Assembly: GCA_019828565.1 (NCBI GenBank)
Contig: JAHDYR010000067.1
Coordinates: forward strand, 214,243-278,242
Direction: 5' to 3'
Source: Carpediemonas membranifera BICM
Lineage: Eukaryota > Protista > Fornicata
Length of the DNA: 64,000 bases
The position numbers and the translations under genes are program-made. Positions 51,758 through 64,000 of the stretch are shown here, one piece after another (position 1 is the stretch's first letter; each line of letters opens with the position of its first letter). The notes beneath the pieces are model-generated. The model did no database searches. It was not told where the DNA came from and was given only the letters and a program-made list of their open reading frames with translations.

Positions 51758-54700
51758 TGTGATCTTGTCGAGGTTAAAGGTTTCAAAACAAACTGTTTAT
51801 AGGGTTCGCACGTGTAGTTGGTACCCTAAACTGCTCACACTTCCCCTCTAAAGGTGCAGCTCCGGGTGAGCCTCGGCATAAATGTCGAGGGCTTCGAGGT
51901 CGCGGACCTCGTGGTACGGGAGCCACTCATCGGCGCCTGGGTAGCCATCCCAGGCGACGAGGAATTCGAGGGTAGACTTCGTGGGGCCACCACGGTGGCG
52001 GGTGATGGCCTCGACTTCGTAGGTGTCGTCGTCAAGGGAGGCGACGGTGATGTCATCGAAGGCCAGGGGAGTCGTCGTACTCCACGAGCCGGGAACCGTG
52101 ATACTGGAAGGTGGCGCCGGCAGTGGGGTTGTGTACGGTGTAGATGTCGTGCTCGCGGTCAGTGATCGTGTATGGGCCAACGAGCTTAGTAGACAGCTTG
52201 GTGGGGCGCTTCGAAGGGCGCGTGACAAGCACCTTCGAGCCAATAGGAAGGGGCTCGTCGCCGAAAGCCGGACGTTTCGAGAGGACGTTCTCTTGGTGCT
52301 GGCGTGCTGTCTCAATGAGCTTGGGCTGGGCCTGGAGAACACGGCTAAAGAAGCGGCCGTATTCACTCTTCTCCTCCCTCAACGTGGGCGTCGGACGACA
52401 GGAAGGGGGTGACGTTCTGTGAAGCGAACATGAGCTGTGCGGGGGCAATGCCCGTGGTGGCACATATCGTGGTGTTCATGATCCGCTGGACGACTGGGAG
52501 GTAAAGGGACCAGTTGTTAACGTCGCGCAGCTCCTGAGTGATGGTACGTAGGTGTCGTGAGAGCTCGGCGTTAGCTCTTTCGACGAGCCCGTTGGCTCTG
52601 GGGTGGTATGGAAGAGAGACAACGTGTTGGGCGCCGAAGAGCTTAATGAGCTGTTGGAAAGCGGTGGCAAGGTACTGAGAACCGCGATCACTTCGGAAAG
52701 AAGACGGAGTACCGTAGCGTCCCGTGACGGAGATAAGAGCGCGAAGGGCCTCTGCAGAAGAAGCATCCTTGCATGGGACCAGCTCTACGAAGCGTGTGAA
52801 GGTGTCAATGAAGGTGATAACGTAGCGGCATCCGTTGGAGTCTGCAGGATAAGGCCCGACCGTATCAAACGCCCAGCAGGAGCGTGGGGTGACGCCCATG
52901 GTAGGGCGGAGGCCTGTCTGAAGGCGCTTGGGAAGTCTGGCGTTCTTCTGACATATCGGGCAAGCCTTGATATACTCGGCGACAGCGTTGCTCATTCCAC
53001 GGAAGTCAAGGTTTCGTTCCTTAAGGAGGCGGAGTGTAGCCTCTCGGCCGAGGTGTCCCTCGACGGCATTGTGGACAGAGGCTATGATAAGTCGCTGGAG
53101 TGTAGGGGCATTCTCGGGGGGTTGGACGATGAAGCACCTGGATATGCCATCAGTGAGGGTGTTGGAGACGCCAGAGATGTGTTCAACGACAAAGTCGAAC
53201 TCTTGGAGTCTGAGGTTCCAGCGGACGACCTTGGGTGTGGTAGAACGGCGCATATAAACTAGGTTACGGTGGTCTGTCTGTATAGCGAACGAGTGGCCGA
53301 GGAGATAGGGGGAGTACTTCTCGACAACCGCGAAGAAGATGCCGAAGGCTTCCTTTTCGATGACAGCCCAGTTGCGCTCTGCGGTGGTGAATGCGTGGCT
53401 ACAGTAGGAGACTACGTGTTCAACGCCATCCTTGACGTTGAGGAGCACGCCTCCACAGCCAATGTCGCTAGCATCGGTGCGAACGATAATTGGGGGCAGA
53501 GTAGTCCAGGAAGGCTAAACACGGCGTGTGGGCGGCGAGGTTCTTGCTCTCTTCGAAAGCAGTCTGGGCCTCCTTTGTCCATTTCCACCGGACCTTCCCA
53601 GAGGTGAGGGCGTATAGTGGCTGTAGGATCGAGCTGAGGTTGGGGATGAACCTACGGAAATAATTCATCGCTCCACAGAAGGCCCGCGTGGTCTTGATGT
53701 CCTTAGGAGGAGCCATGGCCTGAACGGCCTTGACCCGGGCGGGGGACATGCGGATTCCCTCGGGGGAGATGATATGGCCGAGGTATTCCACCTGCTCAGC
53801 GTACAGACAGCACTTGCTGGGATGAAGGACGAAGCGATGTTCCTTGAGAACGGCAAGGATCTCAGCTAGGCGTGTAGCTAGTTCGTCCGTGGTTGATGCG
53901 TGAATGATGATGTCGTCTATGAAGACCTCGCACGTAGTTCCGACAAACTTGGAGAGCAATTGGGTCATGATGGCCTGGAAGGTAGCAGGAGCCGTTTTGA
54001 CGCCAAATGGAACGCGCGTATACTCATAAAGGCCGGTTGGAGTTGAAAACGCGGTTATCGGAATGGAACTTTCGGACAGTGGGATCTGGTGGTATCCACT
54101 AACGAGATCTAACGTCGCAAAGCAACGTTGGCCTGCGAGATGCGACATCAGCTCTTCTTGGTGTGCAAGTGGGAAACTGACTTGCTTGATGCGATCATTC
54201 GCCTGACGGTAGTCCACGACGAGGCGGCGGGCACCGCCCTTTTTGGGGACAGTAAAGACGGGTGCAGCCCAGGGAGAGCGTGAGGGGCGGACGATTCCTT
54301 GAGCAAGGAGCTCGTTCACCTGGTCATCAACCTCCTGCTGGATTGCAGGGGATAGACGACGCGGCGGTTGAGCAGCCGGTGTGGCGCCCTCAAGCAGCTC
54401 TATCTCCATAGGGGGAACGTCTGCTCCGTCTGGGTGGGGACGGCTGGTGAAGACTTCGGCATACTCATCATAGACGGCTCTGATGGCTGGCGGGAGGGCA
54501 GACGCGGTTGAACCTACGTCAGGGAGCTGCTCTCCTTCATCTAGGCGAGTGACGGGTGCGTGATCCTCATCGATCGTCTCCTCATCGGCCGTTGGGGCCA
54601 AGGAGAGGGAGAGATCTTGGATAGTGGAGTTTGAGAGGATCAGATCCTCCGACATAGAGGGGAGGATGTAGAATGGCCGAATGGAGCGAACGCCATCAAT

Positions 54701-55784
54701 GAGCATGGCAAGGAACACAGCTCTCTTGATGAAAACTGGACCGTTCGCGGTATCCAAACGAACGTTAGCGACGGCTGGAAGAGCGCCACGTTGGATAAAT
54801 GATTCGGCTATCGTGGGGGAGATGAGGTCAATAGTTGCACCAGTATCAAGTACTGCACAGACCTCTGTGGCAGTACTCTCGTTGATGGGAACATAGAGAG
54901 TGGCTTGGCGACAGATGAGGCCGTCGTGATCAGTGGCGGCCAGATTCGCCTTTTCGCGCTTGACTGGCGGACCCTGGATGGGAGTCTTGCGCACGCCAGA
55001 GCGGAAGAAATCTCTGTGTCCTTGATAGGGACAGTTGGGGCGGATGTGGCCCGTATGGCCACAGCCGTGGCAGGGGGCAGACGATCGTTGGGGTAGTCTA
55101 GCCCCAGCGGCGGCGCCGGGAGTCGGGCGCTTACCAGCTGGCTGGGCCGGTTCCGGCTGCAGGAGCGACTGGAGGTTAAGGAGTTCCTCCAGTTCATCAA
55201 TGGCGTGGTCCTGCGCCTCTGCGACGTCATCTGGCTGCTCCATGCGGATACGCTCCGCAAGAGGATCTGGAAGTGCCTGCAGGTATGCCTTCACCATTAG
55301 CTTCTCTGGTGGTGTGACGTCGGCTGTGAACGAGCTCCGGATAGTTTCGAAGCGTTCGATATGGTTGAGAAGCTGTGCAGGCGTTGATAAGGGGCCTGTT
55401 CGGGCGCACCGCAGCGACTTCAGCTTGGCTAGTGCTTGAACGTTACTGCGGGGGCTATAGAATGTTTGGTAGACTGTGTCCAAGACAGTATCCGCCGGAA
55501 GATCGGCCGGATTGTCGTTGAGACGGCGTGTGATGAGAAGAAGAGGCGTAGGATCCATCAGGGCAGTCGGATGGAGAAGAGGATCGTCAAGGCGTTGAGC
55601 TCGGTACGCACGGTAGGACGATCGGAACTTGGTGAACGCCTGTTCTTCTAGTGTTAGTAAGAAAGGTCTTGGTATGTAGTCGGACATTAGATGAGTGTAC
55701 ACTGTGATCTTGTCGAGGTTAAAGGTTTCAAAACAAACTGTTTATAGGGTTCGCACGTGTAGTTGGTACCCTAAACTGCTCACA
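51758..55784 (-). mobile_element. Gypsy element E6 with identical 82-bp LTRs, nested in E5
   Basis: LTRs at 51758-51839 and 55703-55784; TSD CCAA; PPT (plus-strand CTTCCCCTC) at 51840-51848. Confidence 0.97.
51848..55687 (-). pseudogene. E6 Gag-Pol (CCHC, PR, RT FIDD, RH, IN, chromodomain) with several frameshifts
   Basis: ORFs 53468-55702, 52363-53448, 52053-52463 and 51848-52366. Confidence 0.92.
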
Positions 55785-57655
55785 CCAACGCCGCTGGGCG
55801 ACGGTCGAGCAAGAGCTCTACGCAGTCATATACTGCATCACCCGGCCAGAGTTTAGCCAGATTCTCAAGCTGAAGCCATTCACCGTACTCACAGATCACA
55901 AGAACATCGTGTGGATGATTCGCAAGGCTGAGGAAGGGACGCGCAAGCTCACGCGATGGAGACTCATCCTATCCGAGTACCCCTTCGACATCATGCATAT
56001 CGCAGGGACAAATAACGTCGTCGCGGACGCCCTCTCCCGCCCCAGCGGCGCGGCGATCAGCGAAATCGCCAGCAGCACCCACCGCTTCGACATTCAGCAG
56101 GCCCACGCTGGAGCCAACGGCCATGCTTCGATCAAACAAACGATCGCCCATCTCAAGGAAGCCGGCAAGACCTGGTCTTCCATGAACTCAGACGTCGCGG
56201 AGCACGTCGCGACTTGCCCAGTCTGCCAGAAGCTCAAATCCCACCCCATCGCCAAGGCCCAGTGGCATACGACCCAGAAGACCCGCCCATTCGAGGCGGT
56301 GCAGATAGACACGCTCGGCCCGCTTCCAAAGACGAATGGCCTCGCTCACGTGATCGTGTTCATCGACGTCTTCAGCAAGTTCACTGTGCTCAAGCCGGTT
56401 GCGTCAACCTCGGCAGAAGAAGCCGCCGACGCGATGCTCCAGGTGTGGTCGCTCTTCGGCGCACCCAGCCTGATCCAGACAGACCAGGGAAGTCAGTTCA
56501 AGAACTCAACCATCGCCGCTCTCAACAAGAAGATCAGCCTGAACCACAGGTTCTCCACGGCGTACCACCCACAGAGTAACGGCGTTGTCGAGAGAGTCAA
56601 TGGGACCATCATGCGCAGACTGCGCGCCCTGCTACTAGACTCAGAAACGACCGACTGGCCCGCACTTATCCCAATCGTGCAACACATTATCAACACTTCG
56701 ACACACTCGACTACCGGCTTCACGCCGTTCGAGCTGCTTTTCGGACACACGTCCGCGCTCACGGCCCTCCCGGAGTCACGCATCATCAGCGCCGCCAAGG
56801 CGACGCAAGACACACCTACCATCCAGGCCATTAACGCATTCCACACCGACATACAGGCCATGCACGACGCAGCCCGCGCGAAGATCGCCGCATACGAGCG
56901 TCACAAGGCCGCACAAACCCAACCGGCGGACAACTTCGACTGGAAACTCGAACGCCTAGTGCTCCTGAGATATCCTCACAAGGCCCCATCCAAGATTCTG
57001 CCTCCAGTCCGCGGCCCGCTACAACTCCTCAGGGAAGGGAAGAGCCCCAACACATTCGTCCTCCGTGACCTCGTCACCAAGTCCGAGCTGCTCGTCCACC
57101 AGGACCGCCTCATTCGCTTCGACCCAGGCACAGCAGACCTCAAGACACTCGAGCGCATCGCCGCATACGAACAAGACGAACAACAAGTCTCCGCCATCGT
57201 CGGCCACCGCGAGCGCAACCGACGCCTCGAGCTCCTCGTCCACTGGGAAGGCCTAGAAGACTCCGAGGACTCGTACATTCCGTATAACGCATATTACGAC
57301 CGCCTCGCCGCCCTGGATGACTACCTACGCCTCAACCCAGGTCTCACGCCCCTCTTCGCACGTTACAAGCGGAAGTTCCGGGGCAATGGCCGCCGTTAGC
57401 TGGCTAGCTTCGCCTTGAGGAGGGAAGTGAGAGCCAGTGCAGTTTATGTAAACAGATCTACCTGCGCAAGCCAACAATGGCACAGCGGCACTGTTTGAAC
57501 ACCTGAGGTCGCACCACTTGGCATTCATGTGAATGAAACCGGGCCTCTGACGTAAATATTGCCCTCAGACCACGCGTATGCCATCACAAAATGCTTGCTT
57601 TCACCCTCAACCAAGCAAACCTGCTTTTTACGATATGGTAATCCCTATGGTACAT

Positions 57656-59242
57656 TCATTCGAGCGGCCTTACAATCACAAGGTCACCCCTCCTCTCGTC
57701 CGGCAGCACCTCCTTTGCCTCCCATCGCCGCCACACCGTCAGGCCCGGGTTGGACGGCCGGACCTGACTCCAAACCGAGTCATACATGACGAGACAGCTC
57801 AGCCGCTCCATGTCAAATAGCTCCCCAGCGGCCAGAAGCTCGCCCAAGGCCGGGTCATCGAGCACGGCATCCTCGCGGGCTGGGCTTGGCGGAGGATCGC
57901 ACTTTAAGGTCAGTAAAGGTCGAGACAAGGGGAACTCGGGGATGGAGTGGCAGGGGGCCAGCACGGCAACGTCTCCAGCGGCCAGACACTGGTTGATCGA
58001 GGGTAACGCGAGTACTGGCGGCGCCTGCTGGAGGAAACCGTAAACTGAGAAAAGTACGACAGTCCAGACGATCCAGACGAAGCCGGTGACTCGGAACTTC
58101 CAGATGCCGACGGGGGTGACTACCGGTATGGCTAGGAACGGGATGACGGGGAGGATGAACCGCATCTCCTTGTGGGGGGAGAGGGACAGCACGCCCACGG
58201 TCACCAGGGCCGCGAGGAAGAGCTTTCGCTGGGCAGGGGACTTTGGGAGGGTGGGGGCGAGGAAGATGGGCCACACGGCCAGGGCGGCGACGGCGAGGAA
58301 GTACCACGGTGCGTTCGTGCCGTAAAATGCGGCGTTGCCTTCGAGAACGTTGAATTTGATGAATTCAAGGGGCGGGATGACGATACGGCCATAGTAGAGG
58401 TACTCAGCGCCGCCGCATGTCAGCAGCACGCCTGGGACAGCAGCCAGGCCGAGTGCGACGTGTCTGAAGAAGGGCCGGGCCGACATGAGGAAGAGGGCGA
58501 GGAAGAACACGGCGCTCGTCGGGCGAATCCAGCAGCAGACGCCGGCGATGGAATAGGCTGCGAAGGCATGACTGCTGGTGACTGATGATGTCAGCGGGAA
58601 GAAGCTGACCGAGAGCAGGACTAGGGCGGCCTCTAGGGCGTTGGCGTATGTTCTGCAACCGTACAGCAGGGCAAGGATGTTTCCTGTCACGAGGATAGTA
58701 AACCGGATCGTGCCCAGCCCCACGAGGCGTCTGAACCGGAGGAACACGAGGTCAGACCCCAGCGTGACCGCCAGCTGAATGAGCCGGGCGACGAGTATGC
58801 GGCCCCACGGGTGCAGGGCCAGGCCGGCCGGGGCGATGAGGGCCGGGTGTAGGATGGACCGAAGCCCGCGGGCCCACTCCCACGTCAGCCCGTCTCTCGG
58901 CCGTACCACAGGGTCCCCGGCCTGAAAGAACTCGTCCGGGTCGAGGTACGAGAGCTGAAAGACGGCGATGATGCGGATGACGAGCATGAGGAGGACGTGG
59001 ATCCAGTGGGCCGATGAGGCGTTCCTCGCAAACTTCTTCCGCTTCGAACGGCGTCTCTTGACAGTTGGAAGTGACTGAGAAGACCCAATTTTCCTTATGA
59101 ACGACGATGGACCCCGAACAACAGTAACGTAGGCCTCCTCCATGCAAGATACGAGCTCCTCGACCGTCTTGTCATCCATATGACTGTCATAGCGAATTGT
59201 ATGAATGGCTGTGAGCAACCGAGAGGCCAACACGTCATCCAT
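57656..59242 (-). CDS. PIGB: GPI mannosyltransferase 3 (PIG-B/Gpi10); start uncertain
   Basis: PDEFFQ, LTWEW..GLRS.LHP, RTYANALE, IRPT, HKEMRF, PCHSIP. Confidence 0.9.
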   Translation of the reverse strand: MDDVLASRLLTAIHTIRYDSHMDDKTVEELVSCMEEAYVTVVRGPSSFIRKIGSSQSLPTVKRRRSKRKKFARNASSAHWIHVLLMLVIRIIAVFQLSYLDPDEFFQAGDPVVRPRDGLTWEWARGLRSILHPALIAPAGLALHPWGRILVARLIQLAVTLGSDLVFLRFRRLVGLGTIRFTILVTGNILALLYGCRTYANALEAALVLLSVSFFPLTSSVTSSHAFAAYSIAGVCCWIRPTSAVFFLALFLMSARPFFRHVALGLAAVPGVLLTCGGAEYLYYGRIVIPPLEFIKFNVLEGNAAFYGTNAPWYFLAVAALAVWPIFLAPTLPKSPAQRKLFLAALVTVGVLSLSPHKEMRFILPVIPFLAIPVVTPVGIWKFRVTGFVWIVWTVVLFSVYGFLQQAPPVLALPSINQCLAAGDVAVLAPCHSIPEFPLSRPLLTLKCDPPPSPAREDAVLDDPALGELLAAGELFDMERLSCLVMYDSVWSQVRPSNPGLTVWRRWEAKEVLPDERRGDLVIVRPLE

Positions 59243-59381
59243 AGCGGATTAATGCCGTCCGTGATCGTGGTCTTTTCTGGCAAAACTCACTCCAGAAGTA
59301 ACGACGCCATTTACCGTGTTTATAGCATAATAGTGTGGTATAGTCTTGAAAATATGAGCCAGTCCAGACGCATCCAGCGCT

Positions 59382-59960
59382 CTATACGCCCCTGTCGGCC
59401 CCGGCCTTGGATGCTCTCTCATACATGAGGACGCGCTGTGGGATGTACTGCCTGGTGAAGTCTTTGACACTGATCTCTCCGTACAGCAGCTGCTTGGCCA
59501 GATTGGTGGTGTCTGCGTCGTTCCTGGATGCCATCTGGCCCAGTATCCTGGTCGCCGCCACCCGCTTGGCTGCGAGGAGGTCGCGCTTCTCCGCAGTCTG
59601 CTTGGCGAGAATAAAGTATCGTTCCTGCATGACCTTGAGCATGTCGCTGCTGCTAGTGATCTCCGAGGACTCCTTCGCGTACACTGCTCCAGCGCGAGAC
59701 TGCGCTTCCTCCAGGCGGCGCTGGACAAGATCAAGCTGCCTGGAGTATCGATCGCTCTTCAACAGCTTAGCATATGCAGCAGGATCCTTGGCAGCTTGCT
59801 CGAGGACCATGTAATCCGCCTGGTCCAGAGATTCGAAGCGCATCGGTAGCTCCGGGATGATACTAACGCTTCCTGTGCTTGCATATGGTGATTTCATAGT
59901 ATTTGGTTTGTGGGACTGTTCATCGCCTCTCTTTTGTTGCTTCTTAAAGGAAAGGCCCAT
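59382..59960 (-). CDS. ESCRT-I subunit Vps37-like
   Basis: Coiled coil followed by LLYGEISVKDFTRQYIPQR..YER..K (Mod_r-like C-terminus). Confidence 0.7.
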   Translation of the reverse strand: MGLSFKKQQKRGDEQSHKPNTMKSPYASTGSVSIIPELPMRFESLDQADYMVLEQAAKDPAAYAKLLKSDRYSRQLDLVQRRLEEAQSRAGAVYAKESSEITSSSDMLKVMQERYFILAKQTAEKRDLLAAKRVAATRILGQMASRNDADTTNLAKQLLYGEISVKDFTRQYIPQRVLMYERASKAGADRGV

Positions 59961-60722
59961 TGTTGACCTTCTTGGCGAGATCGAGATTTCGAACCCGAGC
60001 CCCAGATTTGACCAAAACCCCGGAAGTCGCGCAAGCCGCTATTAGTGCCACGCACGCTAGTATAGCTCGGGGTTGGTACTGCCGGCCTATAAATAGCGGT
60101 GGCGGCAGTTTTAGGCTTCTTCAGATGGAGTCAACAGAAGCGGCAGCAGTATACAACATCGGACCCGACGGCTGTGTCCGAGAAGGCTTGCACATGGTGG
60201 CTGGCCCATCGGCATCACGATTCGCACCCGCCAACAAGCTGCCTGATGACGAAGAGATGACCGAAACTTGGCGCAGGCGGAAATGAGGGCAGGAATATCG
60301 ACCTAATGAGAAAATCCAACCATTTAAACTTAAAACCCATCCTGCTTTCGAGCTTAATGCCCTTGTTGGCCAGATTGGCAGCATCATGCTGCTTAAAGGA
60401 ACAATTTCGCAAAAGAAACCGCCCTCTTACCGTCCTTGATGCTTCCATTCTTGAGCGTGATCTTAATCACCTTCATTGCGATCTTAACCTTCAGCGCGGT
60501 CATGCCCATGACAAATATTACGATATCGGATGTCCGAAGGAAAGTAAGAAACAATCCCATCAAATGATGAGCAGGGCGATTTAGGACTCCTCCAAGAACT
60601 ACCTGCCATCAATCTGTCAGACCGTTTTCTTGGCCTCATGCCCTGCTTGCCTGAAGCCCCCAACTTGACCCCGCCACTCAAACCCTGACAATGCGGGTCC
60701 TCTATTTAACATCACGCGGCTC

Positions 60723-61150
60723 TCATACGGCCTGAGACTGACTGGCAGCCTGAAGGAATGACACGTGCAGCTGTATCTCCTCATCAGTCTTCCCTACGCC
60801 CTGGGCTCTAAGCTCATCAAAGTTCAACGGCCCGCCCCTCGCCATGGCTGCCTCTAGCTTCTGGTCCTCCACTGTCCAGCTGGCGGCATGCCTCTGGAAG
60901 TTTGGTGGAACCGACACGTTTTCCCGCTTCGACTCGGGGGTATCCTCGACCTTCGCCCGCTTCACACCCTCCGCGCCAGGGACATGTGGCTCAAAGTCCA
61001 CGGCTTTGCGGGTGAGGTTGATCTTGACCTGGCCGCCTGGGCGGGGGAGCTCCTTGTCATCCTCGTTGACGTAGCCCACATCGGCATGTCGTGTGAGGTC
61101 GGGCGATCAGGGTAGTCTTCGAAGAAGCTGCTCACCCCCTCGGCCGGCAC
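60723..61150 (-). CDS. Hypothetical protein, possible C-terminal SANT/Myb-like motif; 5' part frameshifted
   Basis: WTVEDQKL...VGKTDEEIQLH; two overlapping ORFs. Confidence 0.35.
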
Positions 61151-61534
61151 GGTGCCCGTCGCCTTTGGATCGGTCTCGAACTGGGCGTTCGCTGTGGTGG
61201 AGCACCAAGACGAGGACCTATATGGACACGATCATGCGGCTGGCCTCCGAAGGGTCCTTAGATGAGAGCGGCTATCTCATTTCCATCTCATTTCTCATTT
61301 CTTTCTCCATTTCAATCTCTCGTGGCGGATTCGCCGGTTACTTGATAACTATTAGATCTATCATCCATTGTAACCTTCACTGTAGCTTCTGAAGCTCGTT
61401 ATAAAACTCCTGCTGGGCCATTTGTCGACAACTCGAAATTTGTCATAACCTGCGAAAAATTTCAACGCACAACGCAACAGAGACAGTCGGCGGCGACGAT
61501 GTCGGACACGCTGTGGGTGCGTGTTATGACGTCA

Positions 61535-62675
<1,141 letters not shown>

Positions 62676-63199
62676 TCTTGTTCTTTGCTAAGACAAGCTT
62701 GTTCGAGAATTCGACTCCAGCAGAGTCGCACTAGATCTGCACAAGATCAAATCACTTACAGCACAAAATTGAGATCAGCCCCATGAATACGTATAGAATC
62801 AAGAGGCACATTGGTAGAACTGGTAGCCCAGCCACTAGCTTCAGATGGAGGTGATGGGCACCATGGTCGGCCGATCTGGGTCAAATTGATCTCATCAATC
62901 GACGCGACAAGGCAGTTCTGGAGAGGCGCAGGCTTCTAGTCTACACGTAGAAGCGACTGGTAGCCCACATATCAGGGTCCATGACAGATTTGGTTGGACC
63001 ACCTCCTTCATCCTGCCCTGTCTCGAGGGTGTCTCGTCATCATTTACCTCAACTACCAGGATGCATGAGAAATAATAGTGTTTAGATGTCCGAGATGGCT
63101 TGTTTCTTGAGGCTGACTTGTTTTATACGAGAGCACTTCCCAGTAAGCAGCCCACAGACCCTGGCCCAGGACTCGTCGATACACGGAACGAAAGAGGGA

Positions 63200-64000
63200 T
63201 TACTGCATGAAGTCCTCGAGGTGGAACTGCCCGTCCTCCCTCCGCTTGAGCACGAACGGCTCGCCACACACTGACACTGCGGCGGGGATGTCCTTGATGC
63301 CCGTCCCCGTCATCACAGCCACCACGGTCGACCCACCCTCAAAGTAGCCCTTGGACGCCAGCTTGGTGATCCCAGCAGCGGCACAGGCGGCGGCGGGCTC
63401 AGGGAAGACGCCGGTCGCCTGGGAGACCGTCTTGATGTGGGCCAGGATCGAGTCGTCGTCGACCTCGACGAAGCAGCCCTGGGTGTCCCGGATGGCCTGC
63501 ACGGCGTTGATGCCGTCCCTGGCGATCCCTGCGGAGATGGAGTCGGCGCGGGTGTTGGCCTCGACGGGCTCCATGGTGAGCATCTCGGCTGGGGTGAGGT
63601 TCTTCTTCCAGGCCGTGGCGCACCAGTTGGACTTGTCGGAGTTGACTCCAACGAGCTTGGGCATCTTCTCAATGAGGCCAGCCTTGTACAGGTCGCGGAG
63701 GCCCTTGTATACGCCTGTGATGATGTTACCGTCGCCCACACTAACGGCAACGAAGTCGGGCGCCACGAACTGGGCACGGCGGGGGCCGCCGAACTGCCCG
63801 CCGTGGGCAAGCTGCTCGCACATCTCCAGAGAGACGGTCTTCTTGCCCTCGGCGGTGTAGGCGTTGTAGCCGGTGTTGCGGCAATACCAGCCGTGCTTGC
63901 TGGACGCCTCAAGGCACAGCGCAAAGGCGTCGTCGTAGGTGCCGTCAACAAGGATCACCTCGGCGCCGAAGATCTGCAACTGGGCAATCTTAGCGGCAGG
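63200..64000 (-). CDS. Threonine synthase (short prokaryote-type, PLP fold II); 5' end outside the window
   Basis: EGKKTVSLE, VSVGDGNIITG, GVFPEPAAA, VMTGTGIKD. Confidence 0.88.
   Translation of the reverse strand, partial: PAAKIAQLQIFGAEVILVDGTYDDAFALCLEASSKHGWYCRNTGYNAYTAEGKKTVSLEMCEQLAHGGQFGGPRRAQFVAPDFVAVSVGDGNIITGVYKGLRDLYKAGLIEKMPKLVGVNSDKSNWCATAWKKNLTPAEMLTMEPVEANTRADSISAGIARDGINAVQAIRDTQGCFVEVDDDSILAHIKTVSQATGVFPEPAAACAAAGITKLASKGYFEGGSTVVAVMTGTGIKDIPAAVSVCGEPFVLKRREDGQFHLEDFMQ

Larger units (their letters stand above)
48821..57399 (+). pseudogene. E5 Gag-Pol with chromodomain, split inside RNase H
   Basis: Removing E6 and one TSD restores FTETQ|RRWATVEQELY in frame; LDTGA, YVDD, integrase core, LLVHWEGLED. 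Confidence 0.95.
48772..57484 (+). mobile_element. Gypsy element E5 with identical 57-bp LTRs, interrupted by E6
   Basis: LTRs at 48772-48828 and 57428-57484; TSD GCGG; PPT GAGGAGGGAAG at 57417-57427. Confidence 0.97.

Overview
Gene-dense, GC-rich eukaryotic (protist) DNA with few, very short spliceosomal introns. Two GAPDH introns of 38 and 43 bp are visible. The gene content and style suggest an anaerobic flagellate such as a free-living fornicate, but that is inference only. About half the window is retroelement: at least five large chromodomain-bearing Ty3/gypsy LTR elements (two nested pairs, boundaries and TSDs read directly), many relics, a LINE nested in another LINE, an RLE-type non-LTR relic and an IS630/Tc1 relic. 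Host genes include Sec16, SF3B1, cap 2'-O-methyltransferase, long-chain acyl-CoA synthetase, a BPI/LBP protein, PIG-B, Vps37, an Acl4-like TPR protein, RSG1/CPLANE2-like and RSPH14-like ciliary proteins, GAPDH, threonine synthase and a prokaryote-type radical SAM/SPASM enzyme. Main discovery: the LTR elements have tiny LTRs (50-128 bp) and no tRNA primer-binding site. At all 7 recognisable 5'LTR/internal junctions, a perfect 10-12 bp palindrome begins on the terminal A of the LTR (6 different sequences). This points to a tRNA-independent priming system, probably via an RNA dimer. One element also carries an intact antisense ORF with its own chromodomain-like tail.
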